A stretch of 64,000 nt of DNA from Eledone cirrhosa (Eukaryota): positions 37,324,001-37,388,000 of the forward strand of contig OZ024742.1 in the NCBI GenBank assembly GCA_964016885.1. Direction: 5' to 3'. The position numbers and the translations under genes were made by a program. Shown here piece by piece: positions 25,769 to 38,558 of the stretch (the first letter of the stretch is position 1; every line of letters starts with the position of its first letter). The notes beneath the pieces are model-generated. The model saw only the letters and a list, made by a program, of their open reading frames with translations. It did no database searches and was not told the DNA's origin.

Positions 25769-26365
25769 ATGTATGTGTATATATATATATTTTTTCGCCT
25801 CTGCCTCTTTTTAACCTACTCTTGCAGAGGTCAGATCTGTTTTTTTAACTCTCTGATTCACCATCAACACAGCCTCAGTTTTAAGTCCAGTAGCTGATTT
25901 TGACTTATCTTACTCTCTCTTTGGTTGCTTACATACATGTGCTTTTCGTGTTTCCCTCTTTGGTGTGTTTTTTTCCGGTTTATTTTTTCCTTTTTTTTCA
26001 TTCTTTTTTCCCTTCTGTTATATTTTTTTCTCTCTCTCCTTTTTTCCCCAATAACTTCCTATAGTTATTGACGCACTGAAGCTAGACATATTGTCTTTAA
26101 TGCGTAGAAATGTCCATGATCTCCAGCAGACAACTGATGATGGGAAATATCTCCCGTTTGTGCTTTCCTATTATTTATATATATATATATTAGAGGTGTA
26201 TATGAAAGTATATACAATATGCATTTGAATAAGCTGTGATCATGTCACAGGATTCTCAGTAGCCATGTGAGAATGCCAGACACTCACTAGTGTTTCAGGA
26301 TTTTTTATTCATCATCAGTTATCTTTACTCACTGGGTGCTGAAATTAGAATAAGCCGTAGCATAT

Positions 26366-27000
26366 ATTATCATCATCATCACCGTTTTACGTCCATTCTT
26401 CCATGCTAGCATGGGTTAAACGGGTTGTCCTGTTCTGGGCAATGCCAGGTCAGGTGACCATGTCTTGCTCATACAGAACTGATTTGGGCTTGATTTCTAC
26501 AGCTGGATACCCTTCCTAACACCAACCTCATTTACAGTGAGTACTGGGTGCTTTTTTACCGTGGCGCCAACATGACCACTTTACAGTATAGACTGGGTGA
26601 TTTTTGTTGTGATACCTACACAACTACATTACAGTGGTAGTGGGGTTGAGGCATACTGTCTATATGCTTCAGCTTCGGTTTGTACCCGTGGAAAGTCGGG
26701 TCTTCTGTATTACTGTGTAACACCAGAGGTCTGTCGTGTGTCATTGCCATTGAGAGATGCAATTGGGCAAAGTCAGCTTTATCACCTCATCCCAGGTCTT
26801 CTTGAGTCTCCCCACTGCAAGGCTTCCATCGACTTTTAGTGCTCTGTACCTTTTTATGCAGCTGTCATCCTTCATACACATCACATGTCCATACCAACAT
26901 AACCTCCTCTCCTGCACACAGCATTTGATTCCTCTTATTCTTAGTGTCTCTTTCAATTCGTTTATGCCTTGCTGTTCGCGCATATTACTATTACACATAC
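26366..27000 (-). mobile_element. RTE family C, 5'-truncated
   Basis: MCNSNMRE...RRLCWYGHVMCMKDD...KTWDEVIK. The 3' UTR matches 60690-60990. Confidence 0.9.
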
Positions 27001-28169
27001 TTTTGCATATAAAACATCTAAGGTTAAGTTCATTTGCAAATATAACTTGGCCGAAATGAATTAGCAGTAACACCAACACAACACGATTCATAATGAAACA
27101 CTAATATTTGCATACATGTGCATCTATATAGATGTGCATACACATATATTTCCTACTATACCAAGCATTACATTAGTATAACATGTATTTGTATATAAGC
27201 TGAGAAATGTGTGACAAAAAAAAGAAAAAAGTCAATGGTAAAATGGGAATGGTTTATATTCAATGTTAATATTTTGTTAATTTTCAAATTTCATACGGTG
27301 CTGAAATATCTGGAATGATTATTTTACAATGAAACAGTTTTTCTACATTTAATACATTGTCATTAGTATTATTTATGCATTTCCTTGAAAATATTTCCAA
27401 ATAATTTGAACTTTTTAATACATAAATATCCCATATACAAAGTGTTATGTAATGAAGTATTTAAGCTTGATTTCTATGGCTGGATGCTCTTCCTAACACC
27501 AACCACGTTAGAGTGTGTAATATCATCATCATTATATACATATATATATATATATACACATATATCAGCAGCTAACTCACTATATTTACCCCCTCCTCCT
27601 GTCTCATCTTTTAGAGTTATCAGGTGATTACAGTAAGCAATGATTAAAGCTAAACCACTACCTCCTCCACTGCCAGTACCATATACACCATCATCACCCC
27701 CAATAACACAACTGCAAATACACCATCAACACTACTACAACTACCAGTACCACCACATCACCACCACCAACAACACACACCACAAAAATACCACCACCAC
27801 CACCACCATTACAACCATAGACCTCGATTATTTAGGGTGGGGGAGTGGCATACAAGTGAGAATATTCCCCCCTACACTAAGATCTGCATTTAAGGGTGGG
27901 AGTGGGGTGGCTGGTATAGCAAGCAAACGTTATGCACTCCTTTCAAAATTAGTGAGAGAGTTAGTGAGTCACTTGAAATGAGGTCTAAATGCAGACAGGG
28001 AGAGGGGAACAGGGATTTAGATACAAAAATGGAAAATGCAAAGAAAGAGCTGATACACTCCGATCAAACCAAAGAAACTATATTTCCATTGCTAATTCTA
28101 TCTGCTGGCTGGAACATTAAATGATGATGATGATGATATAGATAAAGAAAAAGATACAAGCACTAGAAA

Positions 28170-28440
28170 TGAGATACTACTGCAACATCTTAGGTATCAC
28201 ATTCGTAGTCCATATCACAAACAAGCGAGTCCGGTCCTCAAAACAATTCAAAATAACACTGGCCCTCATGAAGACCTCCTCACAATAATGTAGAAAATAA
28301 AGCTGTGATGGTATGTACATGTAACATAATTCAGTGACCTTGCCAAGACCATCCTACAAGGAACTGTAGAAAGGAAGAGATGCTGACAATGACATAGATA
28401 GAAAGACAACATAAAAGATGGAAACACAAAATTTGGCACA
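28170..28440 (+). mobile_element. Ancient RTE (BovB-like) C-terminal remnant
   Basis: Manual translation gives ILGITF..HITN, GPHEDLLTI, LAKTILQGTVE. Confidence 0.55.
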
Positions 28441-29739
28441 CAATTGTGACAAATCTACATATAAATTTGAGTGACTTCTGTCTGTCCGTCACACAATGTT
28501 TGTGTGGATGTATGTCTGTAAGTGTGTATTTTTGTAAGCGTGTCTGTGTTTGCGTGTTTATATTTATATGCTCATACATATAAATGCATGCATATGCACA
28601 TACAGACACACACACATACACGTGTCAGCGTATTGAAAAAAATTGGTTCAGAGTATGTCACAACGGCCCCGACAATTCTGTCAGTTCAGAACATAAGATA
28701 CAATGAGATATACTAGTGTTACTTGTCATGTGACAGGTAAATTTTGGAGTATAGGTCTGCCACTGTGGCTAAATAACTATACATAAATGCATTTACTCAT
28801 AATATCCTGTACCACATGAGATTGCAGTTTTAAAAAGTACAAAACAGCCCTATAACTGTATCATATGAACAATTAAAGCCTGTAAATTTTCACAACAATC
28901 TGTCTACTAGTAAAGATACTACAAACCTTTGAATTAACAAACCTTGTTTAGATATTTTCTGCTAAATCATTACAGGATGCTATATGTTTATAAATAAAAA
29001 TAGATGAATTCACTATGCCTGTATGTAGCTAAAGGATTAGAAATAAAGTATTAAAAAAAAAAATAGTGATTTGAGAAACAGAAAAAAAAAAAGGTGTGTA
29101 TGTGTGTGTGTACACACACACACACACATAGTATCGACAGCCGTAAATGAGTGTTCAATATCGAAGTACAATTTAAATATTCGTTTATTATGAGTAAGTG
29201 ATGAGCCTTCTTACTCTGGAGTTTCCCTTGTGTGCTCACACCCACCCCATCAATATACCCCCTTCCCTCACTATCTAGACCTGCAAAAACAGTCTTCCCA
29301 ATCCATGCCAGCAAAGACAGCTGCACTCCCAAAATGTACTGACAGCCATCACACACACTCTTTAATTAAGGCCATCCTCTCTCTCTCACCCCCTCCCTCA
29401 GCAAGCAACAGGTAGTTAACACCTCCCTCCTTCCCATCACTGCCTTCCCAATCTGGCTAAAGAAAACACAACCAGCAAGCACTCTAGTATTGAAAAGTGG
29501 TAATGCCACAATAAAATGCACTCGGCCCAAACTATAAAGTGATAGTGTTGATGCAATGATAAAATGCACCCAACCCACTGTGTAAATGGTAGTGCTGGTG
29601 CCACGATAAAAATCACCCAGTCCACCTTGTCAGGTGGTAGTGCTAGTGATGTGATAAAAATCTATGCAAGCATGAAAAATATATAAATGTAAAATGGTGA
29701 TGACGATACATACATGCATGCAATACATACACACAAACG

Positions 29740-31340
29740 CACACACTGATTGCAAGTCATGGCAGGCAGTCTCCATGAACCTACCCAATGTGGCATCATC
29801 CAGGTACCAACTGTTGAAAGAGGCTGTGATGTTCCAAGCAATGTTGTCTATACCAAAAGCAAAGAGGTCACCCTTTTGAACCCCAGTGGCTGAAGGTATG
29901 ACCATGTCAGCAGCAAGGGGCATGCTCGGGGTTACACAACAGGTAGGCCAGCAGGTAGGCAGAGGGGGCTCGGCTGAGGCAGGCCTCAAGCAGATGGTCA
30001 TGGCTTCAGCAGTTTAAAGGCATTCCTCATGGCAAGCTTGACAATGAGGTACCTGGCATCCCTCGATGCCGGTTCCAATGGGCAGCTGTTGAAGAACTGC
30101 CTAGCTGCATGTGTGGCCCCCTCACACCCACTAGACACATGACCCCTAGTTGCACTGGGCTGAGCTCCTCACCAAGTTCAGGTGTGATGGACCTACAGAT
30201 CACCTTGGCAGCCAGCATCCGGAAGACATTGGGGCATATGTCACCCTTTTTCTTTGTGTGAGCAGTCAGGCGGGCTAGAAGAGGCTTCGGGCATAAGGGT
30301 CCAGAGCGTTATGGATGAACCTGTTGATGAGCGCCACAATTTCACTCAGAGGGCAGCGTCTGGCTTCAGCTGTTAGGGGGGATAGCAACACTTTGAGGTG
30401 GCCAGGTCGGGGACCATCAATACCTCCGCTGCTGCTGGCAAGGCAGGACTTAATGGCAGACATGATGTTTGCATCCGATGCCACAAAGACAGGTGAGGGT
30501 ATGGGTCTGAGGGCGGCTCAGGATGCTTGAGCCGAAGAGCAGCTAGGACCTCCTCAGTTGGGTGGAAGATGGTGTCCGCTGAGGCGATGACTAACTGCAG
30601 CCAAGACCCTCAATTAGTTTGGTGTTTATGTGGTTGCATAAATGCTTTGTGCTGGCCTCAGGGGTGGAGGATAGAGGGCACCTGAGAGCAGAAGGTATGG
30701 AACACTTGAGATGGGCACTTGCTCAAAGGACGAAGTGTTGTCCTTGACAAAAGCTGCTGTCAACAAGCCACCTCAGTCAGCACCAGAGTTGGAGAGGCCA
30801 AGGGTGAGTGGGGCGAAATGGAAGAAGTGTTCCCAGTCGCTGGCTTGATTAAAGTCCAGGACCCTCTTGATTAACGATGCAAGAGCGTCAGCAACCGGCA
30901 CCCAAGCTGCTTTAGAGATCTTGAGAGGAATCTTCCGGAGCTGCTTGGGCCGAGCGATGTTGACCAGTGAAGCTTGAGCATTAGACAAGTTCACTGCCTC
31001 ATCTGGTGGCATAGTGGACAGCCGCAACTATGCAGACGAGGGGAAGAAACAGTTGCTGCATCTCCATGCTGTGAGGGCACTGAAGACTCAACGTGTAAGG
31101 CCAACACAAGAAAGGTGGTGGAAACAGCCATACCCTGAACAGTTCTGGCCTTTCTTTTGCCTGTTCGTGGTGGTGCACGTGCTGCAGGTGTCGCCTGGTG
31201 GGAATGGAGGGTGGGGCATGGAGCCAGGGACTGGAGCACTATGCAACAACATGGGTGTGTGGCTGGGAGAAACTGGAATTATGGGGAAATGGGTAGAGTG
31301 ATGATATGAAGGCATCATATCCCACCTACACCAGATCCGA
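29740..31340 (-). mobile_element. CRE-clade-like non-LTR retrotransposon RT remnant
   Basis: GC-rich. Fragments RKIP, SSGGIDGPRPGHLK, LSPVQLGV, GVQKGD, WYLDDATLG. WYLDD and QLGV are typical of CRE/SLACS-type RTs. Confidence 0.7.
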
Positions 31341-32521
31341 AGGCAACAAGACAAAACAAAAAAGGGGGTAGGGGCATGGAGGGGGACCTAAAAAGGGGAG
31401 GGGGGTCAAGGGGAAAATCTTAGAGATCTATACGTACATATGTATATACACCTACACTAAAAAGATTGTTCTGTTTCCGGGGTCATTGAGGTGATAGACA
31501 AATGTACATATCAATAAAGATAATAGTAAGAATAAAGATAAAAATAAAGGAATAAGAAATGGAAATAACTTAAGAGATAAAGAATAGACATTAAACACTG
31601 AAAAATACACAGGTGTATATTAAGTAAACAAATAAATATATCCATAAATCTGGGGAGTGGGTAAATGGAATTACATATAACATGGGATAAGTGACATGTA
31701 TAAAATGTGATACAAAATATAAAAATGAAAATTTAGATTGAGAAGAATGGGATGTAAAATCGGAAAATATAAAGAAAAAGAGAAAAAGGAAAAAAACGGG
31801 AAGGGGAGGGAATGGCAAGGACTCTAGTGTCACTGAAGAATGGGGAGTGGGAAGAGGGAGGATGATTGGGCTCTGCGTCTAGGGCGCGGTGGTAGAGGGG
31901 CTGCACCCGGCAGATAAGACCGCAAAAGCATTTCCACAGACAATGGCCAGCGACACCCGCTGCAACAGCCACCCCACCTTGCGGGGCTCCTTCCTCAGAT
32001 GGGCCACCGACGTTCCAGTCTTGCAAAGGAGCCGAAGTTATAAGGTAATAATTGTGATAGATATGAGTATAGATACAAACACGATTACGATGCTAGAAAA
32101 CATATATAATAAGAATAAATATACAGTAAAATATATATATATATATACTAGGAAAAATATAGTAATAAAATAAGATAATGGAGTAAAGTAATAATAATAA
32201 TACTAACAATAATTATAATAGTGTTAATAGTAGTAGGCTATGTACATAGCTCCGCATCTCACACACACCTACATAGGTATAGGCATTAGCATCCAGGCAA
32301 TGATACACAGATACAGCCCTAGATAGATACAAATGTACATATACATACACACTTATATGTACACATGTATACACATATATATATATACACACACACATGC
32401 ATATACACATCTACCTATATATGTGTGTGTGTGTATATATACATACATGATATATATATATATATACATACATGATATATATACACACACACACACATCT
32501 ACCCGTATACAAACATATAGG

Positions 32522-32568
<47 letters not shown>

Positions 32569-32699
32569 ACCTACATGTATATATGGACCCATCTATGTAT
32601 ATCTACATATAAACAGACACACATGCACCCCATATACCTATACATACATACAAGTTTATGTGTATATATATACACACAAATATTATATAATAGTGCATA

Positions 32700-32950
32700 T
32701 TATCATCATCATCACCATTTAACGTCCATTTTTCCATGCTAGCATTGGTTAGATGAGTTGTCCTGTTGCGAAACAAGCCAGGTCAGATGACCATGTCTTG
32801 CTCAAAGAGAACTAATTTGGGCTTGGTTTCTATGGCTGGATGCCCTTCCTAACGTCAACCAGATTTACAGTGTATACTGTGCGCTTTTTGTCATGACACC
32901 TACACAACCACTTAACAGTGTGGGCTGGACGCTTTTTGTCGTGTCACCAT
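32700..32950 (-). mobile_element. SINE/RTE 3' module with (CAT)n tail
   Basis: Contains ggatgcccttcctaac and the terminal ...ggacgttaaa motif. Confidence 0.7.
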
Positions 32951-33407
32951 CGTTGAATTTTCAAATTGGATTTTCATTCTGAAACTGGATCTACACCCAG
33001 AGTTTACCTGAAATTCCACCTGGAAATCTTTTCTTATCACTATATGTGCATATATATATATATAGCAAAATTACACACACACACAAAAAAAAAACAAAAA
33101 AACAAATACACATACATAAATGTAATTTAAATTTAGCATACACCATCAAGCTAGCTTTTCCTCATTAACCCTTGAAAGAAAACAGAAAAAATAATAATAA
33201 AAACACCAAATGCCAATCCCATTGTGGTTCACAGTCACACCTTTTGTACCTACTCACATTAAAGCAAACTATATATATATATATGAGGTGGGGGAAGTTG
33301 ATAAAAGTCAGAGGGGAGTGGGAAAGTATGAAAGAGGAGAGAAAGGAGGGGAACACTGGAGCAATTTTCAAACCTGATTCAAGAAAGAAAATTGATGAAA
33401 GTCAGGT

Positions 33408-33810
33408 GCAGGTATGACTGTGGTTAAGGAGTTTGCTTCACAACTGTATAGTTCTGAGTTAAGTCACAATTCATGACACCTTGAGCAAATGTACTCTACT
33501 ATAGTCTTTGGTTGGCCAATGCCTTGCAAGCGAAATCTTGTGGATGGAAAATGCAGAAGCCTGCTGTGCGTGTGCATGTGTGTGTGTGCACATATATATA
33601 AGTGTGTGTGGGGAGGGGATCTATGTTTACATTTGTGTTTGCCTCTCTGATACCGTTAATGAACTTAGCAGTTTCAAGAAAAAACAGATCAATAAAATGT
33701 GTTAGAAACTTGAAAAGACTAAGTACTGGAGTCAATATGACAGACTAAATCTCTTCAAGGTGATGCTCCAGCATGGCTGCAGTCTAATGAGTGAAACTAG
33801 TAAAAGGAAA
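33408..33810 (+). mobile_element. Old tRNA-derived SINE (ccttgagcaagtgtcttctactatagcc family)
   Basis: Decayed A/B boxes, shared core and cagcatggctgcagtctaatga tail. Relatives at 39880-40240, 42837-43110 and 22780-23170 (-). Confidence 0.6.
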
Positions 33811-36800
33811 GAAAAATAAAGTCAGACGAGAAAGGAGGAAAAAGAGATGGAGGAGAAGGAAAGGTATGTTATGACGCAGTGCAATTTGAAAACCAGTTGC
33901 ACCAGTTGCAGCTAAAAAGAAACCTACAGATCAATGGTGGAGGTGCTACAGGTAAAACCAGATGTTTGGCACAACACTACTGCTGGAGAAGGGCAGTGGT
34001 TCAGCAGTAAATAACCAAAATAATTCTACAGACAGACAGACAGTCATTAAAACATTGGACATAATCCTTTAATTTGGCTCTCTGCATTTGTCCCAGCTCT
34101 TTACATCCCAAGTTCAAATCCCTTCAAAGTAAACTTTGCCTTTCATTCTTTTGGGGTCAATAAAGTACCTATCTAGTTTTGGGTTGATTCTTCCTCAATC
34201 TCTTTCCCTGGAAGACATCAACTATGTTCAGTCCTGGAGAGGGACGGGCTCTGGCAGGTATAAATGCTCGAGACATGCTGTATATCACTACAAATACCCC
34301 TACAACTCCCCTATTAACTCCAAGTTTTAAAACTCACACATACATGTATGATGTTGAACCTTACTTGGTTCCAGTTGTTTGATAAACAGAACAACCTGCT
34401 TATGAAATTAACGTGCAAGTGGTTGTTTCACATTCACATGCATCTTTAAACATAGTTCTCAGGGAGAATCATTATGACACAGTGAGTGGTGGATTGGCAG
34501 AATTGTTAAAGAGTCAGAAGGGATGCTTTTATGATATCAGTTCCAGCTCTGTGTGTTCTGAGTTCAAATGCCACCTTCTGTCACTGGATAGTTTGCAATA
34601 GAAATAGCAACTCATTGCAGTAAAACAGCCATAAGGGAAAGCTATGATGAAGTGGAGACTTCCTTAATGTTTCACCTTCCCAAGGGACTAGATGAAACAC
34701 TACTATTGTATTATGTATTGGGCTACCGTCAGTTCCGACAAAAGTTCAAGTTGTTTGAACAACAAAATAGTCTGCTCGTGAAAATGTGTGACTGGTTGAA
34801 TATTCTACAGCCATATGTACTCAAAAACCTAGTTCTCAGGGGGATTTAGAATGATACAGTTTGCGATAAAGCTGACCTTTAAATTACAAGTACAACTCAT
34901 TTTTGCAACAAATCAAACACCTTATGTCATTAGCCAAACACCTTAACCATCTGGCCATACCCCTTCACCCATGCTACGACTACACATATGTGTATGTGTA
35001 TGCACCAGAATGTGACATGGAATATATAGGCACACAACAAACTTTTAGAAGTGAGAATTAACACAAAACAACAGCTGGTGCCATTTAAACAGAGAAATGA
35101 GATCAATATAAAATGACAGACAACATAAACACCTGAGGTAGTTGTATTCTTTTTATTTTTTTTTACTGGTTGCAATCAGTAGATTGTAACCATGCTGGGC
35201 ACTAACTTAATCCTGTAGCATTTAAACCGGCCAGAATTTTCTCACCTCTTTCTGTTCAAACCGGCTGTAACTGGCTGCTCATACTGATGTTAAGGTATTG
35301 TTCTCAAAATAAATAATATCAAAATGTCAGATACGATATTATGTGAGATAACTATGTGAGGTAAAGCCTTCACCGTGAAAATACAATAGCAAATATAGAG
35401 TAATGTAAATGTTAAAAGGTTAAGAGATTTAGTCAATATCAGCCCTAGTACCGTTATGTTTTTGGTTTTTTTTCAATTTTGATACTTTATCAATGGCTTT
35501 TTGTTGAACCGCTAAGTTATGGAGCACAGATGCAGGAAAAATGTTAACGCAGACATGGTCACACATGACAATCTTCTGCAGCTTCCATCTAACAAATTCT
35601 ATCAACCCAAAGAAAAAATAGGACTTTTACCCAGGGTGACACAAAGTGGGACTGAACGCAAAACAAGATTGCTTCAACATGACTGCAGTCTAATGACTGA
35701 AACCAGCAAAAGAACAAAATAATTATCCTAAGTCCTCAGCACTCTGACCCACAACGATGTAGATATTCAACTAATCCATTGGCTGAATTGTTATCCTAGT
35801 TTATTTACTAAATACTTTCAGTCATAAATTAAGTACAGTTTTGCTTATGTAGTCACAATTAGCACAACATTGATAATTAAATAATCATGTTTGTTGACTC
35901 AAGAGTCACTTAAACATGTAAACTGGAAGCTAAGACAATTTCATAATGAGATAAATCTGTCAGCTTCTCAGTTCTGTTTGTCTATTTTTCCATTAATTTT
36001 TCCTCCCTTCTATCATCATCATCATAATGTCCTCACCTGCCCTATGCAAAAAATTCAGCAATAAATGTTTTCCTTGATAAAGCAGGAGTTAGCCTTGCAG
36101 AGTCCTGACAAATTTCATATTCATTACGGGGTCATTTTTTTGTGGCAATGCTTTATGATCAGATGTTCTTCCTGGTGCCAACCCTTTTAATCACCTTTTA
36201 CAATATGGACATGGTCCACCTAGTCTAAACAAGTTGCACACTGCCAACATGCAAACATCACAATTAGAAAAATGAAATGGAATTAGATTTACAGCTCATA
36301 CCTATGAAGGTTTAACTAGCCGCTTACAGTTTTCTTGGGTGTTTTAATTACAGGGTGCTCCAGTCCTATCATGAAAAGCTACATGAAATGAAGTGTCTTG
36401 CTTAACACAATGCTCTACTTGGTCCAGGAGTAAACCAATGACCTTTTGAGTGTGAGTCCAACACCCTATCCACTAGACCACAAGTCTAGGGCAAAGAAAC
36501 TCACTGCATACATTGATAAGTCACAAAAATAAACACTCCAGATTGTTCATGTCACACACTTTACACATTTATTTTATAACCTGTGTTAGGAAGTGCATCC
36601 AGCTGTATAAAACCTGCCAAATATAGTACAGTCAAGAGCACAACTACCTCCCTAACGCTGGTGCCATGATAAAATGCACCAAGTACACTCTGTAAATTGT
36701 AGGAACATATGTAAGATATGGCTTCCAACACATGTGTGAGGACAGTGGTTCCAATAAAGAGCTGACTTGGTCTATAACAATTCATCTAACCTAGGCTAGC

Positions 36801-37249
36801 ATGGAAAAGCGAACATTAAATGATTGTTCCGAGTTCAAAACCTGCCAAATTCAACTTTGCCTGTCATCCTTCCTAGGTAAAAAAAAAAATGTACCAGTCA
36901 TGTACTGCAGTCGATTTAATTGACTCACCCCTCACCCAAATTGCTAGCCTTGTACCTAAATTAAAAACAATTATCATCATTATTTTTATCATATTTTATT
37001 AGAGCTGTTGTATATGTCATATAAAACATTGGCCATTTTGGAAAAGGGATGGTAAGAGTGTGTGAAGGGGGATACAAAATATGCTGGTGGTGTGTTTTTT
37101 TTTGTTTTTTTTTAATCCCATGCTGTAACAAGTATTTATGGAAAGGGAGTGATTTTGTTAATGTTCAAAAGGTTAAGTGGAAGTGGTAGAAAGCATTTGC
37201 TATTTAACTCTTATTAGTAGTGTAGGTGGGTGTACCAAATGTGTGCTAG

Positions 37250-37720
37250 TCCGGATGAGATGATGATAGAAGTTCAGGGAGGCATCACTTCTGCTGGCAA
37301 CAAAGGGATTCTCTCTTAAAGTGAAGGAAAGATTATATGATACATGTCTTCAAACAGAAATGCTGCATGACAGTGAGATTTGGGCCTTGAGTGCAGCATG
37401 CTTTGCTAGATGTGTAATGCCAATGTACATAGATAGAGCACAAGTGAACTCAGAGAAAAACTAAGAATAAGAGAGATGTACAAGAGAGATGATTGTGCTA
37501 GTATGGGCATGTTATATGTCAGGAGAGCAAGAGTTGTATAAAAAATTGTCAAGTACCTGAAGTCAATGGAACCTTTAGGATAGGGAGACTAAGGAAAACA
37601 CACATCAAAGTTGTGAAGAATGACCTTAAGAAATGAAACTTCACAAAAGAGATGACACACAACAGAGCTAACTGGCAATATACCATAATACAAAAGACTT
37701 ATCCACCAGCACAGGCACTG
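37250..37720 (+). mobile_element. Highly decayed RTE C-terminal fragment
   Basis: Diverged match to the KFREL.PLL/GRLYD/HGSETW/WYGHV region. Confidence 0.6.
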
Positions 37721-37964
37721 CAATACTAAGGATAAATATAGTGAGAAACCAGACACAACAGTATTTGACAATAAAACAGAGACCATGTAAGGTCTGAAAA
37801 GTCTCTTTAGTCTGACCAAGAATGCAACAACCATGGCTGGTGCCATGATAAAATTCCCCCAGAACATACTATAAAGTGTTAGTGTTGGTGACATGATAAA
37901 AATGTACTCAGTTCACTCTGTACAGAGAAAGTGTTGGTGCTTTATAAATGCACCCAGTACACCC

Positions 37965-38161
37965 TTTAACCCTAGCATTACTATTGTAATTTTGTGGTAA
38001 AGGCTTCACCTCACATAATATTGAATCTATGAGATTTTGATGATATTATTTATTTTGAGAATAATACCTCAACATTGGTATAAGCGGCCAGTTATAGACG
38101 GTTTGAACAGAAGGAAGTGAGAGATATCTGGCCAGATACAGTTTAAATGCTAAAGGGTTAA
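37965..38161. mobile_element. piggyBac-like MITE (TTAA-CCC...GGG-TTAA)
   Basis: ttaaccctagcatt...aatgctaaagggttaa. An inverted relative lies at ~35207-35423. Confidence 0.5.
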
Positions 38162-38306
38162 GGTGGTTAGTATTAAGAAGGGCATCCACCTATAGATATC
38201 ATGCCAAATCTGGAACATAAGTTGGGTTGTTCCAACTCATCTCGTCTCAGACAATGGCAGCCTGCAAAACCCGTGCCAGCATGGAAAGTAGACATAAAGA
38301 TGATGA

Positions 38307-38338
<32 letters not shown>

Positions 38339-38464
38339 AAAGAAATAAGATTTCGCTTCAAGCATAGCTTTATACAATATGTATAGAAATTTCATATTTC
38401 TAAAGAAATACGGTTTTAGGAAGCCGTAGCTATGCAAACACCGGGGCTAACGCCCTCTGGTGGT

Positions 38465-38558
38465 GTCCAGCAGAAGCAAGGGGGACAACCTTCTATGCAT
38501 TTCAGGCTTGGCTAGCCTTCGTCAGGACGGTCCCTCCCACCGCTTGCTACTGCTGGAC
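38465..38558 (-). ncRNA. Type I hammerhead ribozyme (family 3) with long extended stem I
   Basis: Minus strand: gtccagcagtagcaag.cggtggga.gggaccgtc-CTGACGA-AGGCT(agcca)AGCCT-GAAA-TGCA-TA^gaaggttgtcccc.cttgcttctgctggac. Stem III is the palindrome ATGCAT. Confidence 0.8.

Noticed and set aside
31975-32035. Type II hammerhead (minus: ggaacgtc...ctgaggaagg) or HDV-like ribozyme
   Set aside because: GAAA is not adjacent to stem II, the stem I loop is too small, and the HDV P1/P1.1 order is not satisfied.
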